A stretch of 64,000 nucleotides of DNA from a bacterium HR34 (GTDB taxonomy: Bacteria > Patescibacteriota > Minisyncoccia > Minisyncoccales > HRBIN34). A program made the translations under genes and the position numbers. The stretch lies in the NCBI GenBank assembly GCA_002923395.1, contig BEIK01000002.1:1965-65964 (forward strand). The letters are read 5' to 3'. The stretch's first letter is position 1; each line of letters starts with the position of its first letter. Positions 46,153 through 56,008 of this stretch are shown here, piece after piece. The notes beneath the pieces were generated by a model that had not been told where the DNA came from, did no database searches, and worked only from the letters and a program-made list of their open reading frames with translations.

Positions 46153-46869
46153 ATGCATAGACCCCAAAAAAGAGAAAAACCTTTTATAATTATTTTGGGA
46201 CCCCCTGGCGCTGGAAAAGGCACACAGGCAGAACTTTTAAGAGAAAAGTTTGATTTCTACTACCTTGAAACAAGCAGAGTTTTAGAAAAAATTATTTTCC
46301 ACCCTCAAGAAGAATTTATAGAGGTAAACGGCGAAAAATTTTATTTGGAAAAAGAAAGAGAAAATTTTGTTAAGGGAATTTTATTATCGCCGCCTTTTGT
46401 TTCTTATATAATAAAAGAAAAATTAAAGGAAGTTAAGAAACTTGATATGGGTGTTGTTGTTGTCGGCTCTCCAAGAACTGTTTACGAATGCGAAGAGCTA
46501 ATGCCGTTTATTATTGACCTTTTTGGAAAAGAAAATATAAAAGTTGTACTCATAGACATATCTTCTAAGGAAACAATATTTAGAAATTCTCACAGAAGAA
46601 TATGCTCTTTGAGCAGGCATCCAATTATTTATTCTGAAGAAACTAAAGATTTAACAATATGCCCCTTAGATGGTTCAGTTCTTTTGAGAAGAAAAGGTTT
46701 AGACGACCCCGAAGTTATAAAAACAAGGCTAAAAGAATATAGAGAAAGAACATTACCTCTATTAAAGTGCATAGAAAATCTTGGAATAAAAATCTCAATT
46801 GTTAACGGCGACGATACACCTTCAAATGTGTTTCAATCTCTCTTGAGCGTGTTAAACTTAGAGGAATAA
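46153..46869 (+). CDS. adk: Adenylate kinase
   Basis: P-loop ILGPPGAGKGTQ, lid segment, conserved position after secY. Confidence 0.88.
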   Translation: MHRPQKREKPFIIILGPPGAGKGTQAELLREKFDFYYLETSRVLEKIIFHPQEEFIEVNGEKFYLEKERENFVKGILLSPPFVSYIIKEKLKEVKKLDMGVVVVGSPRTVYECEELMPFIIDLFGKENIKVVLIDISSKETIFRNSHRRICSLSRHPIIYSEETKDLTICPLDGSVLLRRKGLDDPEVIKTRLKEYRERTLPLLKCIENLGIKISIVNGDDTPSNVFQSLLSVLNLEE

Positions 46870-46927
46870 AAACTATCTTTTCCAACGACTTTAGTTTTTG
46901 CTATTATTTACTATAAGCTTTTTTATT

Positions 46928-47695
46928 ATGCAACCAGAATTAAAAACAAAAAAAGAAATAGAAATAATGAGAGAAGGTGGTAAAAAACTAGCCCGCATTT
47001 TTGATGTTGTTAAAAAAGAAATAAGACCTGGTATTACACCTTGGTATTTGGAGGAACTTGTGGAAGATTTAATAAAGAAAGAAGGGGCAAAACCTGCTTG
47101 TAAAAATTACAAAACATCAGAGTTTGCAGAATCTTATCCTTGTTGTATCTGCGCTTGCGTGAATGAGCAAATTGTTCATGTTGTTCCCGAAAAAGACAGA
47201 GTTTTAAAAGAAGGCGACATTATAACAGTAGATACTGCTATAATATGGCAAGATTTCTATGTAGATAAAGCAATAACTTTTCCTATTGGTAAAGTTGATT
47301 TTGAAGTTCAAAGATTTTTAAGGGTTGGCAAAAAAGCCTTAAAACTTGGCATTAAAAAAGCAAAAGTTGGCAATACTTTGGGCGATATTGGAAATACAAT
47401 TCAAAGATTCGTGGAGTCTCAAGGCTTTACTATTTTAAAAGAATTTTGCGGTCATGAAATAGGAAGAACTTTTCATGGCAGTTTTAATGTTTTAAACTTT
47501 GGCAAAAGAAAAAAAGGCTTGCCAATACAAGAAGGAATGACTTTTTGCATAGAGCCAATAATAAGTATGGGTTCTAATGAAATAGTTCCTTTGCCAAAAT
47601 TCGGCTATATCACCAAAGATAAATCACTTGCTTGTCACTTTGAAGATACAATAGCGATTGTAAACGGAAAAGCGCAAGTTTTAACCCAACTTTAA
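46928..47695 (+). CDS. map: Methionine aminopeptidase type I
   Basis: Pita-bread fold motifs (DIITVDTAI, GHEIGRTFH, FCIEP, FEDT); ATG at 46928 preferred. Confidence 0.9.
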   Translation: MQPELKTKKEIEIMREGGKKLARIFDVVKKEIRPGITPWYLEELVEDLIKKEGAKPACKNYKTSEFAESYPCCICACVNEQIVHVVPEKDRVLKEGDIITVDTAIIWQDFYVDKAITFPIGKVDFEVQRFLRVGKKALKLGIKKAKVGNTLGDIGNTIQRFVESQGFTILKEFCGHEIGRTFHGSFNVLNFGKRKKGLPIQEGMTFCIEPIISMGSNEIVPLPKFGYITKDKSLACHFEDTIAIVNGKAQVLTQL

Positions 47696-47699
47696 TTTT

Positions 47700-49508
47700 A
47701 TGGAACAAAACTCAAACATTAGAAATTTTTGTATAATAGCCCATATAGACCACGGCAAATCTACTTTAGCCGACAGATTTTTAGAATTAACAGGGGCTGT
47801 TGATAAAAGTAAAATGGTAGAGCAGTATCTCGATAGCATGGATCTTGAAAGAGAAAAAGGCATAACCATAAAAATGCAGCCAGTTACTATGCACTATAAA
47901 GGATACACTTTAAACTTAATCGACACACCTGGTCACTATGATTTTAGTTATGAGGTTTCAAGATCCCTTAAGGCTGTGGAAGGAGCAATTTTATTGGTCG
48001 ATGCAACAAAAGGAGTTCAAGCGCAGACAATCTATAATTTAGAAATGGCATTATCCGCCAATTTGGAGATAATACCTGCAATCAACAAAATAGACCTTCC
48101 TTTGGCTAGGATAGACGAAGTTTTATCTCAGTTATCGGATTTGTTAGGTGTTAAAGAGGATGAGGTTTTTAAAATTTCTGCTAAAACAGGACAAGGCGTC
48201 GAAAAACTTTTAGAAGCTGTAATAGAGAGGATTCCACCGCCTTCCTCTTCCCAAGAGAAAAGATTAAAAGCCTTAATTTTCGATTCTTTGTATGATAACT
48301 ATAAAGGAGTAGTAGCATTTGTAAGGGTTTTTGAAGGAGAAGTGAAAGCAGACGATAAAATTTTATTGTTTGCCTCAAAAGAACAATCTCAAGTAAAGGA
48401 AGTTGGAATTTTTACGCCAGATTTTAAGCCAAAAGATGTATTAAGAGCAGGTGAGATAGGCTATATTGCGACTGGCATAAAAGATGTTTCGAAAGTAAGA
48501 GTAGGTGACACAATTTTTACAATAAACGATATTAATTATATTAAAGATTTCAACTTCCTTAAACCTTTAGAGGGTTACAAAGAACCATTGCCAAATGTTT
48601 TTATGGGTATTTATCCAAAAAATCCAGAGGAATTTGATGACCTTAAAAACGCTTTTCAAAAAATAAAACTTACTGATTGGTCATTTCATTTTGAGGCAGA
48701 ATCTCCAAATATGTTAGGTAGAGGTTTTAGATGTGGTTGTTTGGGGACTTTACACGCCGAAATAATAGTTGAAAGAATAAAAAGAGAATTTGGTCTAGAA
48801 CTTTTACTTTCCGTGCCTCAACCTGTTTACAAATATATAACGAAAGACAACAAAGAAGATTATATTTATTCTCCTTCTCAATGGCCCAATTTGGCTTTTA
48901 TCAAAGAAATTTTAGAGCCGTGGGTAAACTTAAGAATAATTGTGCCATCCCAATATGCAAGCAATGTATATCAATTAATGGATACCTTAGAGACAAAAGA
49001 ATTTAAAGACATTAAAAATTTATCATCACAGACTCTTTTAATGGAATTTGAAGTGCCATTAAGAGAAATAATTTATGGTTTTTACAACAATTTGAAAAAC
49101 TGCACTCAAGGTTATGCTTCAATGAGTTATGAAAATATAGGTTATAAAAAAGCAAATCTTGTAAAATTAGATGTTTTAATTTTAGGCAAAAAAGAAGAAG
49201 CGTTTTCAAAAATAGTATCTGCCCAAAAAGCGCAGAAAGAAGCGAAAAATTTAGCTCAAAAAATAAAAGAAAATATTCCTCCTCAATTATTCGCTGTTCC
49301 GGTTCAAGTTGCTATAGGAGGTAAAATAATAGCAAGAGAGACAGTAAAAGCAAGAAGAAAAGATGTTACAGCGCCCTTATATGGTGGTGATGTAACAAGA
49401 AAAATGAAGTTGTTGGAAAAACAGAAAAAAGGTAAAAAAGAAATGCAAAAGAAAGGAAGAGTAAGAATTCCTTACGAAAACTTCATTAGAGTTTTTACTC
49501 AGGAATAA
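47700..49508 (+). CDS. lepA: Elongation factor 4 (LepA)
   Basis: IRNFCIIAHIDHGKSTLADR, DTPGHYDF, NKID, LepA-specific C-terminal domain. Confidence 0.95.
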   Translation: MEQNSNIRNFCIIAHIDHGKSTLADRFLELTGAVDKSKMVEQYLDSMDLEREKGITIKMQPVTMHYKGYTLNLIDTPGHYDFSYEVSRSLKAVEGAILLVDATKGVQAQTIYNLEMALSANLEIIPAINKIDLPLARIDEVLSQLSDLLGVKEDEVFKISAKTGQGVEKLLEAVIERIPPPSSSQEKRLKALIFDSLYDNYKGVVAFVRVFEGEVKADDKILLFASKEQSQVKEVGIFTPDFKPKDVLRAGEIGYIATGIKDVSKVRVGDTIFTINDINYIKDFNFLKPLEGYKEPLPNVFMGIYPKNPEEFDDLKNAFQKIKLTDWSFHFEAESPNMLGRGFRCGCLGTLHAEIIVERIKREFGLELLLSVPQPVYKYITKDNKEDYIYSPSQWPNLAFIKEILEPWVNLRIIVPSQYASNVYQLMDTLETKEFKDIKNLSSQTLLMEFEVPLREIIYGFYNNLKNCTQGYASMSYENIGYKKANLVKLDVLILGKKEEAFSKIVSAQKAQKEAKNLAQKIKENIPPQLFAVPVQVAIGGKIIARETVKARRKDVTAPLYGGDVTRKMKLLEKQKKGKKEMQKKGRVRIPYENFIRVFTQE

Positions 49509-49655
49509 TTTGAATTTTTTAGTTTATTTGTTAATTTAAATTATTAAAAAGTCGTAAAAAGATAAGAGAACACCATTGCAAAAGCAGTAATGACAGCAAT
49601 AATGCCAAATAATACCCTCGTCCTTTTTTTGGTAAGATATTGAAGCATAAAATTT

Positions 49656-50015
49656 ATGAATTATTATAATAAACCTTCAAAATTTCCTTTAATTGTTGGA
49701 GTGGTTATAATTTTTTTAAGTTTAAGTTTTACATTTTTTATAATATACAGTATTTTCAAAAAAGAGGCAAGAGAACAAAAAATTAAAGATCAGGTGGTGG
49801 AATTGCAAAGGAAAATAGAAGAACTTGAAAGTAAAAAGAAATCATTTGAAAATATTGAAGCATCTTTGGGAAATAATTATTTTTTTGAGAAAGAAGTCCG
49901 TTTGAAACTAAACTTAAAAAAACCCGGAGAAAAGGTTATAACTATTTTAAGGGAAGAAAATAATAAAAAAGAGGAAGAGAAAAAAACTCCCTGGTGGCAG
50001 ATTTTTAATAAATAA
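49656..50015 (+). CDS. FtsB/DivIC-like septum formation initiator family protein
   Basis: N-terminal TM followed by a coiled coil (QVVELQRKIEELESKK) and EKEVRLKLNLKKPGE tail. Confidence 0.5.
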   Translation: MNYYNKPSKFPLIVGVVIIFLSLSFTFFIIYSIFKKEAREQKIKDQVVELQRKIEELESKKKSFENIEASLGNNYFFEKEVRLKLNLKKPGEKVITILREENNKKEEEKKTPWWQIFNK

Positions 50016-50019
50016 TTTT

Positions 50020-50090
50020 GCGGGTATGGTGCAACGGCAACACGCTTCCTTCCCAAGGAAGAAATACGGGTTCGACTCCCGTTACCCGCA
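50020..50090 (+). tRNA. tRNA-Gly (CCC)
   Basis: Acceptor GCGGGTA/TACCCGC, anticodon arm CTTCC-TTCCCAA-GGAAG, T arm ACGGG-TTCGACT-CCCGT. Confidence 0.9.
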
Positions 50091-50111
50091 CAAATTATAC
50101 ACATTAACAAT

Positions 50112-50258
50112 ATGGCAAGATTTGTTGATATAGAAACTCCATATTCGGGATATTTAGGGAATAATGAAGAAGAAATCAAACGGAATCTTCTTTATGCTAG
50201 AATGTGCACAAGAGGCAGTTTGTTGCATATAGAAATACCTTCATTCTCGAGAACATGA
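50112..50258 (+). pseudogene. Truncated ORF fragment (48 codons); resembles the N-terminus of phage/plasmid-borne nucleoside-deoxyribosyltransferase-like (DUF4406-type) proteins
   Basis: MARFVDIETPYSGY...NLLYARMCTRGSLL... ends prematurely; family recall is from memory and tentative. Confidence 0.3.
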
Positions 50259-50321
50259 GAATATTATTTAGGATAATTTCTTTTATATTTTTATTTTTCC
50301 TTTAAAGTAGTCAAGAAAATT

Positions 50322-50756
50322 TTACTTTAAAAATTGAGTAAATTCTTTCATTTCTTTTTGGTATAGTTTTATTTTTTCTTCTCTTTTTTCTTCCGGGATT
50401 ACTGATAATATTTCATTTCCTATAGATGCTAATTTAAATCCATAACCGATCGGGTTTATACCAAGCATAACATCATAATCTACTTTTCTATTCTCGTAAA
50501 AACATACTTAAAAGATTTATGACCATCTTTTGATATTCTAAAACTTTTCTTTCAACATCTTTTCTTACTCATACCAATTTTCAATCAAAGGTTCTTCTGG
50601 TTTTATTAATATCCATGGTCCTATCTGTCTGTCTTTTTCAAAATGTCCTTCACAAGATTGCACTGTTCTTATTTTATAAGCATTGAGCATTATAACAGTT
50701 TCTTTAATATTTTCTTCTATTTTCATACCCAGATTATCTCTTAGATTTTCTACCAT
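50322..50756 (-). pseudogene. Disrupted gene of unknown function (63-codon head plus out-of-frame 53-codon tail)
   Basis: The ORF at 50565-50756 ends in TAA, followed in-frame by EKMLKEKF then another stop. A further open segment VDYDVMLGINPIGYGF...QFLK (50322-50483) lies on the same strand in another frame. Confidence 0.4.
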
Positions 50757-50938
50757 ATTTTTTATTTTGTTTAATTATTCTTGAGCTTTCTCATTCCATT
50801 CTTCTTTTACTACTCTTTCTTTAGGATTGTATTTTTCTCCTTCCATAATGTTATAATATTTGTTGATTTTTATAATTTTATAATGTAACCTTTATTTATT
50901 AAATTTTATTATAAACCTTTTCTTAAATCAAAACTTTT

Positions 50939-51595
50939 ATGACACTTTTTGTGGTTCCAACTCCAATAGGAAATTTAAAAGATATAACTTTTAGAGCAGT
51001 TGAGGTTTTAAAATCTGTTGATTATATTATATGCGAAGACACAAGAAGAACTAAGATATTACTCAACCACTATGATATTAAAGACAAAAAATTAATTTCA
51101 TATTTCGCTCCAAAAGAAGACTTAAAAATTCCCAAAATTCTTGAACTTCTAAAAGAAAAAGATGCCGCTTTGGTTGTTGACGCCGGCTTCCCTGGTGTTT
51201 CAGATCCGGGGCACAAATTAATTAATAAATGCTTAGAAAAAGATATAAAAGTTGAGGTTTTACCAGGACCTTCTGCTTTTTTAACTGCTTTAATAGGCTC
51301 TGGTCTTCCAACAAATAAATTTTTATTTTTAGGTTTTCTTCCTAAAAAAGGCTTGCAAAACTATTTACTAAAATTCAAAGATATAGATGCCACTTTAATT
51401 TTTTATGATTCTCCTCAAAGGTTATCGAAAAATCTTAATGTTATTAAAAATGTTTTTGGCAATGCAAAAGTTGTTGTTGCCAGAGAACTTACCAAAGTTT
51501 TTGAGGAATACATAAGAGGAACAATAGATGAAGTTTTAAATATCATTTCGGAAAAGAAAATAAGAGGTGAGGTGACAGTGATATTAAAAATATAA
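50939..51595 (+). CDS. rsmI: 16S rRNA (cytidine1402-2'-O)-methyltransferase
   Basis: LFVVPTPIGNLKDITFRAVEVLKSVDYIICEDTR; tetrapyrrole-methylase-like fold. Confidence 0.88.
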   Translation: MTLFVVPTPIGNLKDITFRAVEVLKSVDYIICEDTRRTKILLNHYDIKDKKLISYFAPKEDLKIPKILELLKEKDAALVVDAGFPGVSDPGHKLINKCLEKDIKVEVLPGPSAFLTALIGSGLPTNKFLFLGFLPKKGLQNYLLKFKDIDATLIFYDSPQRLSKNLNVIKNVFGNAKVVVARELTKVFEEYIRGTIDEVLNIISEKKIRGEVTVILKI

Positions 51596-51600
51596 GAAAC

Positions 51601-52161
51601 TTAAACCCTTCTTACATATTCTCCTGTTTCTGTATTTATTTCTATAACATCACCTTCTTCAACAAATAAAGGAACATTGATTGTAGCACCTGTTTCAATT
51701 TCAACTTGTTTTGTTCCTCCTTGTGCTCTATCGCCTTTGATTCCTGGAGGAGCTGACACAACTTTTAACTGTACTTTTATTGGCAACTCTACGCCTACTA
51801 TATTATTATTAAACTTTATTGCTTTCACATCCATGCCGGTTTTTAAAAATTTTTTAGCATCACCAATAATATTTTCATCAAGTTCAAATCTATTTGCTTT
51901 GTTTCCTTTTTCGCAAAAAACATATCTGCCTCTGTGACTATATATAAATTCAGCATCTGTTTTTTCTATCTCAGCCTCTTCAAACTCATCGCTTGCGTGG
52001 AATGTTTGAGTTAGAAACTCACCAGATATTAAATTTTTTATTTTAACTTTTACTACCGCTTGCCCTCCTGCTCTTTTAATAAGGTTGTATTCTAAAACAA
52101 TATAAGGATTATTTTTATAAATGAAAATAGTTCCTTTTTTAAGATCAGTATAACTCAACAT
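51601..52161 (-). CDS. efp: Elongation factor P
   Basis: 186 aa with KOW-like N-domain and two OB domains (...VELPIKVQLKV..APPGIKGDRAQGGTK...); unusual loop KRAGGQA. Confidence 0.92.
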   Translation of the reverse strand: MLSYTDLKKGTIFIYKNNPYIVLEYNLIKRAGGQAVVKVKIKNLISGEFLTQTFHASDEFEEAEIEKTDAEFIYSHRGRYVFCEKGNKANRFELDENIIGDAKKFLKTGMDVKAIKFNNNIVGVELPIKVQLKVVSAPPGIKGDRAQGGTKQVEIETGATINVPLFVEEGDVIEINTETGEYVRRV

Positions 52162-52234
52162 AAGTAACTTTATTTTTTAATAAATTGTGATATAATAAAA
52201 ATATAAAAAAATTAAAATAAATTCAAGTTCTAAA

Positions 52235-54943
52235 ATGATTGGAGGAAATTTTACAAACAAAGCTCAGGAAGCTTTACTTTTGGCTCAAAACATTTCAAAA
52301 AAACATCGACATCAACAAGTAGATGCCCTTCATTTGTTATTGGCTTTACTTGAACAAGAAGGGACGATTGTAACATCAATGTTAACAAAGCTTGGTGTTG
52401 ATTTTGAAGATTTAAAACAAAAAACAATAAAACAAATAACAAGAATGCCACCTATATTCGCGCCTAATATTGCAGGCCAACTTTATCTTACCCAAGATAT
52501 GGCAAGTGTTTTAGAGCAAGCAAAAGAAGAAGCATTTGCTATGGGAGATGAGTTTATATCTGTTGAGCATTTGTTTTTGGCATTGTTGGAAGTTCCAACA
52601 AAAGCAAAAAGTATTTTGGATACGGTAACAGTAATTGATACATCTGGGGGTTCAGGGCAGGTGTCATTTCAAAAACTTACAAAAGAAAAAGTTTTGAAAA
52701 TTCTTTCAGATTTAAGAGGCGGGGTGAAAATAACTTCACCTGAACCTGAGGCAACTTTCGAAGTTATTGAAAAATATACAGTCAACCTAACTGATGAAGC
52801 AAGGAAAGGAAAGCTTGATCCTGTTGTTGGAAGAGAAGAAGAAATGAGAAGAGTAATGCAAATACTTTGCAGAAGAACAAAAAACAACCCTGTTTTAATA
52901 GGAGAGCCCGGTGTTGGAAAGACAGCAATTGTTGAAGGATTAGCCCAAAAAATTGTTAAAGGAGAAGTTCCTGAAAGTTTGCGTGACAAAGAAATAATTT
53001 CTTTAGATATGGGCGCTTTAATAGCAGGAACAAAGTATCGTGGTGAGTTTGAAGAAAGAGCAAAAGCGCTACTAAAAGAAATTAAAAGAGCAGGAGGAAG
53101 ATATATTTTGTTTATCGACGAAATCCATACATTGGTTGGAGCAGGAGGAGCAGAAGGCGCAATTCAAATGCAAGATTTACTAAAACCAGCCTTGGCAAGG
53201 GGAGAATTAAGGTCAATAGGAGCAACAACCTTAAATGAATATCAAAAATATATAGAAAAAGACGCTGCTTTGGAAAGAAGATTCCAACCTGTTTATGTTT
53301 CAGAACCATCAATAGAAGATACGATAACTATATTAAGAGGTATAAAAGAAAAATACGAGGCTCATCATGGTATTAAAATTTTAGACGAAGCAATAGTAGC
53401 AGCTGTAAATTTGTCCGCAAGATATATTACCGATAGATTTTTACCAGACAAAGCAATAGATTTGTTAGATGAAGCTTGTGCTGCTTTAAGAATGGAAATA
53501 GAATCAAAACCAGAAGAACTTGAAAAAGTTGAAAAAGAAATACAAAAATTTGAAATGGAAATGGAAGCAATTAAAAAAGAAAAAGGTGCGTCAATTCAAA
53601 AAAGATTAAAGGCAATTCAAAGGCAAATAGCAGATTTACTCGAAAAGAAAAAGCACGTAGAAATGAAATGGGAAACGGAAAGAAATTTAATAAAAGAAAT
53701 AAAAGATATAAAAAGAGAAATAGATAACACTTACTTTCAAATAGATTTAGCCCAAAGAGAAGGGGATTTGCAAACAGCAGCGGAATTTAAATACGGAAGA
53801 TTGCCAGAATTAATGAAACAACTTTCAGAGAAAGAAAAAAAACTTAGAAAAATACAATCTAACAAGCCATTATTAAAAGAGCAGGTAACTCAAGAAGATA
53901 TAGCCGCCGTTGTTTCAAGGTGGACGGGAATTCCTGTTACAAGGCTTGTTGAGGATGAAGCAAAAAAACTTTTGAAGATAGAAGAATATTTATCAAAAAG
54001 AGTTGTTGGGCAGGAAGAAGCAATAAAAGCATTAGCAAACGCTATAAGAAGGGCAAGGGCGGGAGTTGCAGAGGAAAAAAGACCATTAGGATCTTTTATG
54101 TTTTTGGGTCCAACAGGAGTTGGTAAAACAGAAACAGCAAGAGCGCTCGCAGAGTTTTTGTTTAACGATGAAAACGCAATGATAAGGCTTGATATGTCAG
54201 AGTATATGGAAAAGCACGCTGTATCGAAAATAATAGGTTCTCCCCCAGGCTATGTTGGTTATGAAGAAGGCGGTCAGTTAACAGAAAAAGTAAGAAGAAG
54301 ACCTTACAGTGTTATTCTTTTTGATGAAATAGAAAAAGCACATCCAGAAGTATTCAACATTTTACTTCAAATTTTAGAAGATGGCAGGCTAACAGACGCC
54401 AAAGGCAGAGTTGTTTCTTTCAAGAACACTATCTTAATAATGACCTCTAACATTGGCTCAGAATACATTATCCAAATGGCTCCAATGGGTTTTGTTGAAG
54501 AGCAAATAAGTGAAGAGGATATAAAAGAAATAAAAGAATCAGTAAAAGCAAAGGTTTTTGATTCTCTAAGGGAGTACTTCAAGCCAGAGTTTTTAAACAG
54601 AATAGATGAGATTATAATCTTTAATTATCTTGGTAAGACAGAAATAAGGCAAATAGTTGAATTAGAACTTCAAAAAGTTGCCAAAAGATTAGATCAAAAA
54701 GACATTACTTTATCTTTTGACCCAAAAATAAAAGACTATCTTGCTGAGAAGGGTTTTAATAGGGAACTTGGAGCGAGGCCATTGAGAAGAGTTATTCAAA
54801 AAGAAGTTTTAGATAAACTTGCATGGTATATAATAGAAGGTTCAGTTAAAGAAGGAGATAGGGTACATGTTAGTTTTGATCCTAAAAAGCAAGAAGTTGT
54901 TTTCAGCGCCAGTAAGAACGCAAAAGTTAAACAAGAAGCATAA
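52235..54943 (+). CDS. clpB: ATP-dependent chaperone ClpB
   Basis: Clp N-domain repeats, two AAA+ modules (GEPGVGKT; GPTGVGKT), long coiled-coil middle domain. Confidence 0.95.
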   Translation: MIGGNFTNKAQEALLLAQNISKKHRHQQVDALHLLLALLEQEGTIVTSMLTKLGVDFEDLKQKTIKQITRMPPIFAPNIAGQLYLTQDMASVLEQAKEEAFAMGDEFISVEHLFLALLEVPTKAKSILDTVTVIDTSGGSGQVSFQKLTKEKVLKILSDLRGGVKITSPEPEATFEVIEKYTVNLTDEARKGKLDPVVGREEEMRRVMQILCRRTKNNPVLIGEPGVGKTAIVEGLAQKIVKGEVPESLRDKEIISLDMGALIAGTKYRGEFEERAKALLKEIKRAGGRYILFIDEIHTLVGAGGAEGAIQMQDLLKPALARGELRSIGATTLNEYQKYIEKDAALERRFQPVYVSEPSIEDTITILRGIKEKYEAHHGIKILDEAIVAAVNLSARYITDRFLPDKAIDLLDEACAALRMEIESKPEELEKVEKEIQKFEMEMEAIKKEKGASIQKRLKAIQRQIADLLEKKKHVEMKWETERNLIKEIKDIKREIDNTYFQIDLAQREGDLQTAAEFKYGRLPELMKQLSEKEKKLRKIQSNKPLLKEQVTQEDIAAVVSRWTGIPVTRLVEDEAKKLLKIEEYLSKRVVGQEEAIKALANAIRRARAGVAEEKRPLGSFMFLGPTGVGKTETARALAEFLFNDENAMIRLDMSEYMEKHAVSKIIGSPPGYVGYEEGGQLTEKVRRRPYSVILFDEIEKAHPEVFNILLQILEDGRLTDAKGRVVSFKNTILIMTSNIGSEYIIQMAPMGFVEEQISEEDIKEIKESVKAKVFDSLREYFKPEFLNRIDEIIIFNYLGKTEIRQIVELELQKVAKRLDQKDITLSFDPKIKDYLAEKGFNRELGARPLRRVIQKEVLDKLAWYIIEGSVKEGDRVHVSFDPKKQEVVFSASKNAKVKQEA

Positions 54944-54993
54944 GTTTATTGACAATTTAAGTTAAAATTAATTTAATTTTATAATAACTAAAA

Positions 54994-55995
54994 ATGGATT
55001 ATCAAAACATTTGTAAAAAATTAATCCAACCACTTCCATCAAAATATCAAGATGTGATAGCAAACAGATTTGGTTTAGGTGGTGGCACAAAAACTACCTT
55101 ACAGGCACTAGGCAACAAATATAATATTACAAGAGAAAGGGTAAGGCAGATTCAAAATAGAGCTTTATCTCTGATAAAACAGACAAATAAAAAAATTATA
55201 GAGGAGGCAGCAAAAGAAATAGAATATGTCTTGAAAAAGGAAGGTGGAATTAAAAGAGAAGACATCTTACTTGAAAAAGTTGACAAAGAGAACGCTAACG
55301 AGGTTTTCTTTCTACTACACTTAGCAGATCCTTTTTATAGAGGAGGTGGGAATGAAAAAATTCATTTTGTTTGGTCTATTGGAAAAGAAAAAGTTGACGA
55401 AGCAGAACAATTTATAACTGATATAATAGAGCAATTAGAAGATATAGGAGAGCCTGTTTCTTTGGTTGATTTAGATATACCAAAAAATCTTGATAGAAAA
55501 TGGATAAACTCTGTTATAGAAGCGTCCAAAACAATTCAATTTACAAGAGATGATCTTGTTGGTCTTTATTTTTGGCCAGAAGTAAACCCTAAATATATAA
55601 GGGATAAAGCATATTATGTTTTAAAAAGAGAAGGAAAACCTTTACATTTTGTTGATATAGCCAAAAAAATAAATGAAATTTTCTTTCAAAATGATAAAAG
55701 AGCGCAGACAAATGTCAAAACAGTTCACAACGAATTAATAAAAGATGAAAGATTTGTTTTAATAGGAAGAGGGTTGTATGCTCTATCAGAATGGGGCTAT
55801 CAACCAGGATTTACAAAAGAAATTATCGCGAGAGTTTTAAAGGAAGCGGGAAAACCTCTGTCTTTTGAAGAAATTAAAAACAAAGTATTACTTCAAAGAA
55901 AAATAAAAGAAAATACAATTATTTCTGTTTTGTCTAACAACAGAAATATATTTTTAAGAACAGAAGATGGCAAATATTATTTAAAGGATGAGTAA
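54994..55995 (+). CDS. Putative DNA-binding protein: sigma-70 region-4-like HTH plus two HARE-HTH-like winged-helix modules
   Basis: LGNKYNITRERVRQIQNRAL (region 4.2-like). Two repeats of the EGKPLHF.DI...V / GRGLYAL pattern typical of RpoE-delta/HARE-HTH. Confidence 0.55.
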   Translation: MDYQNICKKLIQPLPSKYQDVIANRFGLGGGTKTTLQALGNKYNITRERVRQIQNRALSLIKQTNKKIIEEAAKEIEYVLKKEGGIKREDILLEKVDKENANEVFFLLHLADPFYRGGGNEKIHFVWSIGKEKVDEAEQFITDIIEQLEDIGEPVSLVDLDIPKNLDRKWINSVIEASKTIQFTRDDLVGLYFWPEVNPKYIRDKAYYVLKREGKPLHFVDIAKKINEIFFQNDKRAQTNVKTVHNELIKDERFVLIGRGLYALSEWGYQPGFTKEIIARVLKEAGKPLSFEEIKNKVLLQRKIKENTIISVLSNNRNIFLRTEDGKYYLKDE

Positions 55996-56008
55996 CTCTT
56001 TTTGAATT

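Noticed and set aside
49544-49648. 34-codon minus-strand ORF MLQYLTKKRTRVLFGIIAVITAFAMVFSYLFTTF (one TM helix) in the lepA/ftsB-like spacer
   Set aside because: It is plausible as a small membrane protein. It is too short to support without conservation or expression data, and no clear RBS was seen.
49877-50179. 100-aa minus-strand ORF
   Set aside because: It overlaps the 3' end of the ftsB-like gene and the whole of tRNA-Gly, and has no recognisable family.
54949-54985. Promoter-like TTGACA ... TATAAT downstream of clpB
   Set aside because: The spacing between the good hexamers is 25 nt. The alternative -10 at correct spacing (TTTAAT) is weak, and such matches are expected by chance in AT-rich DNA.
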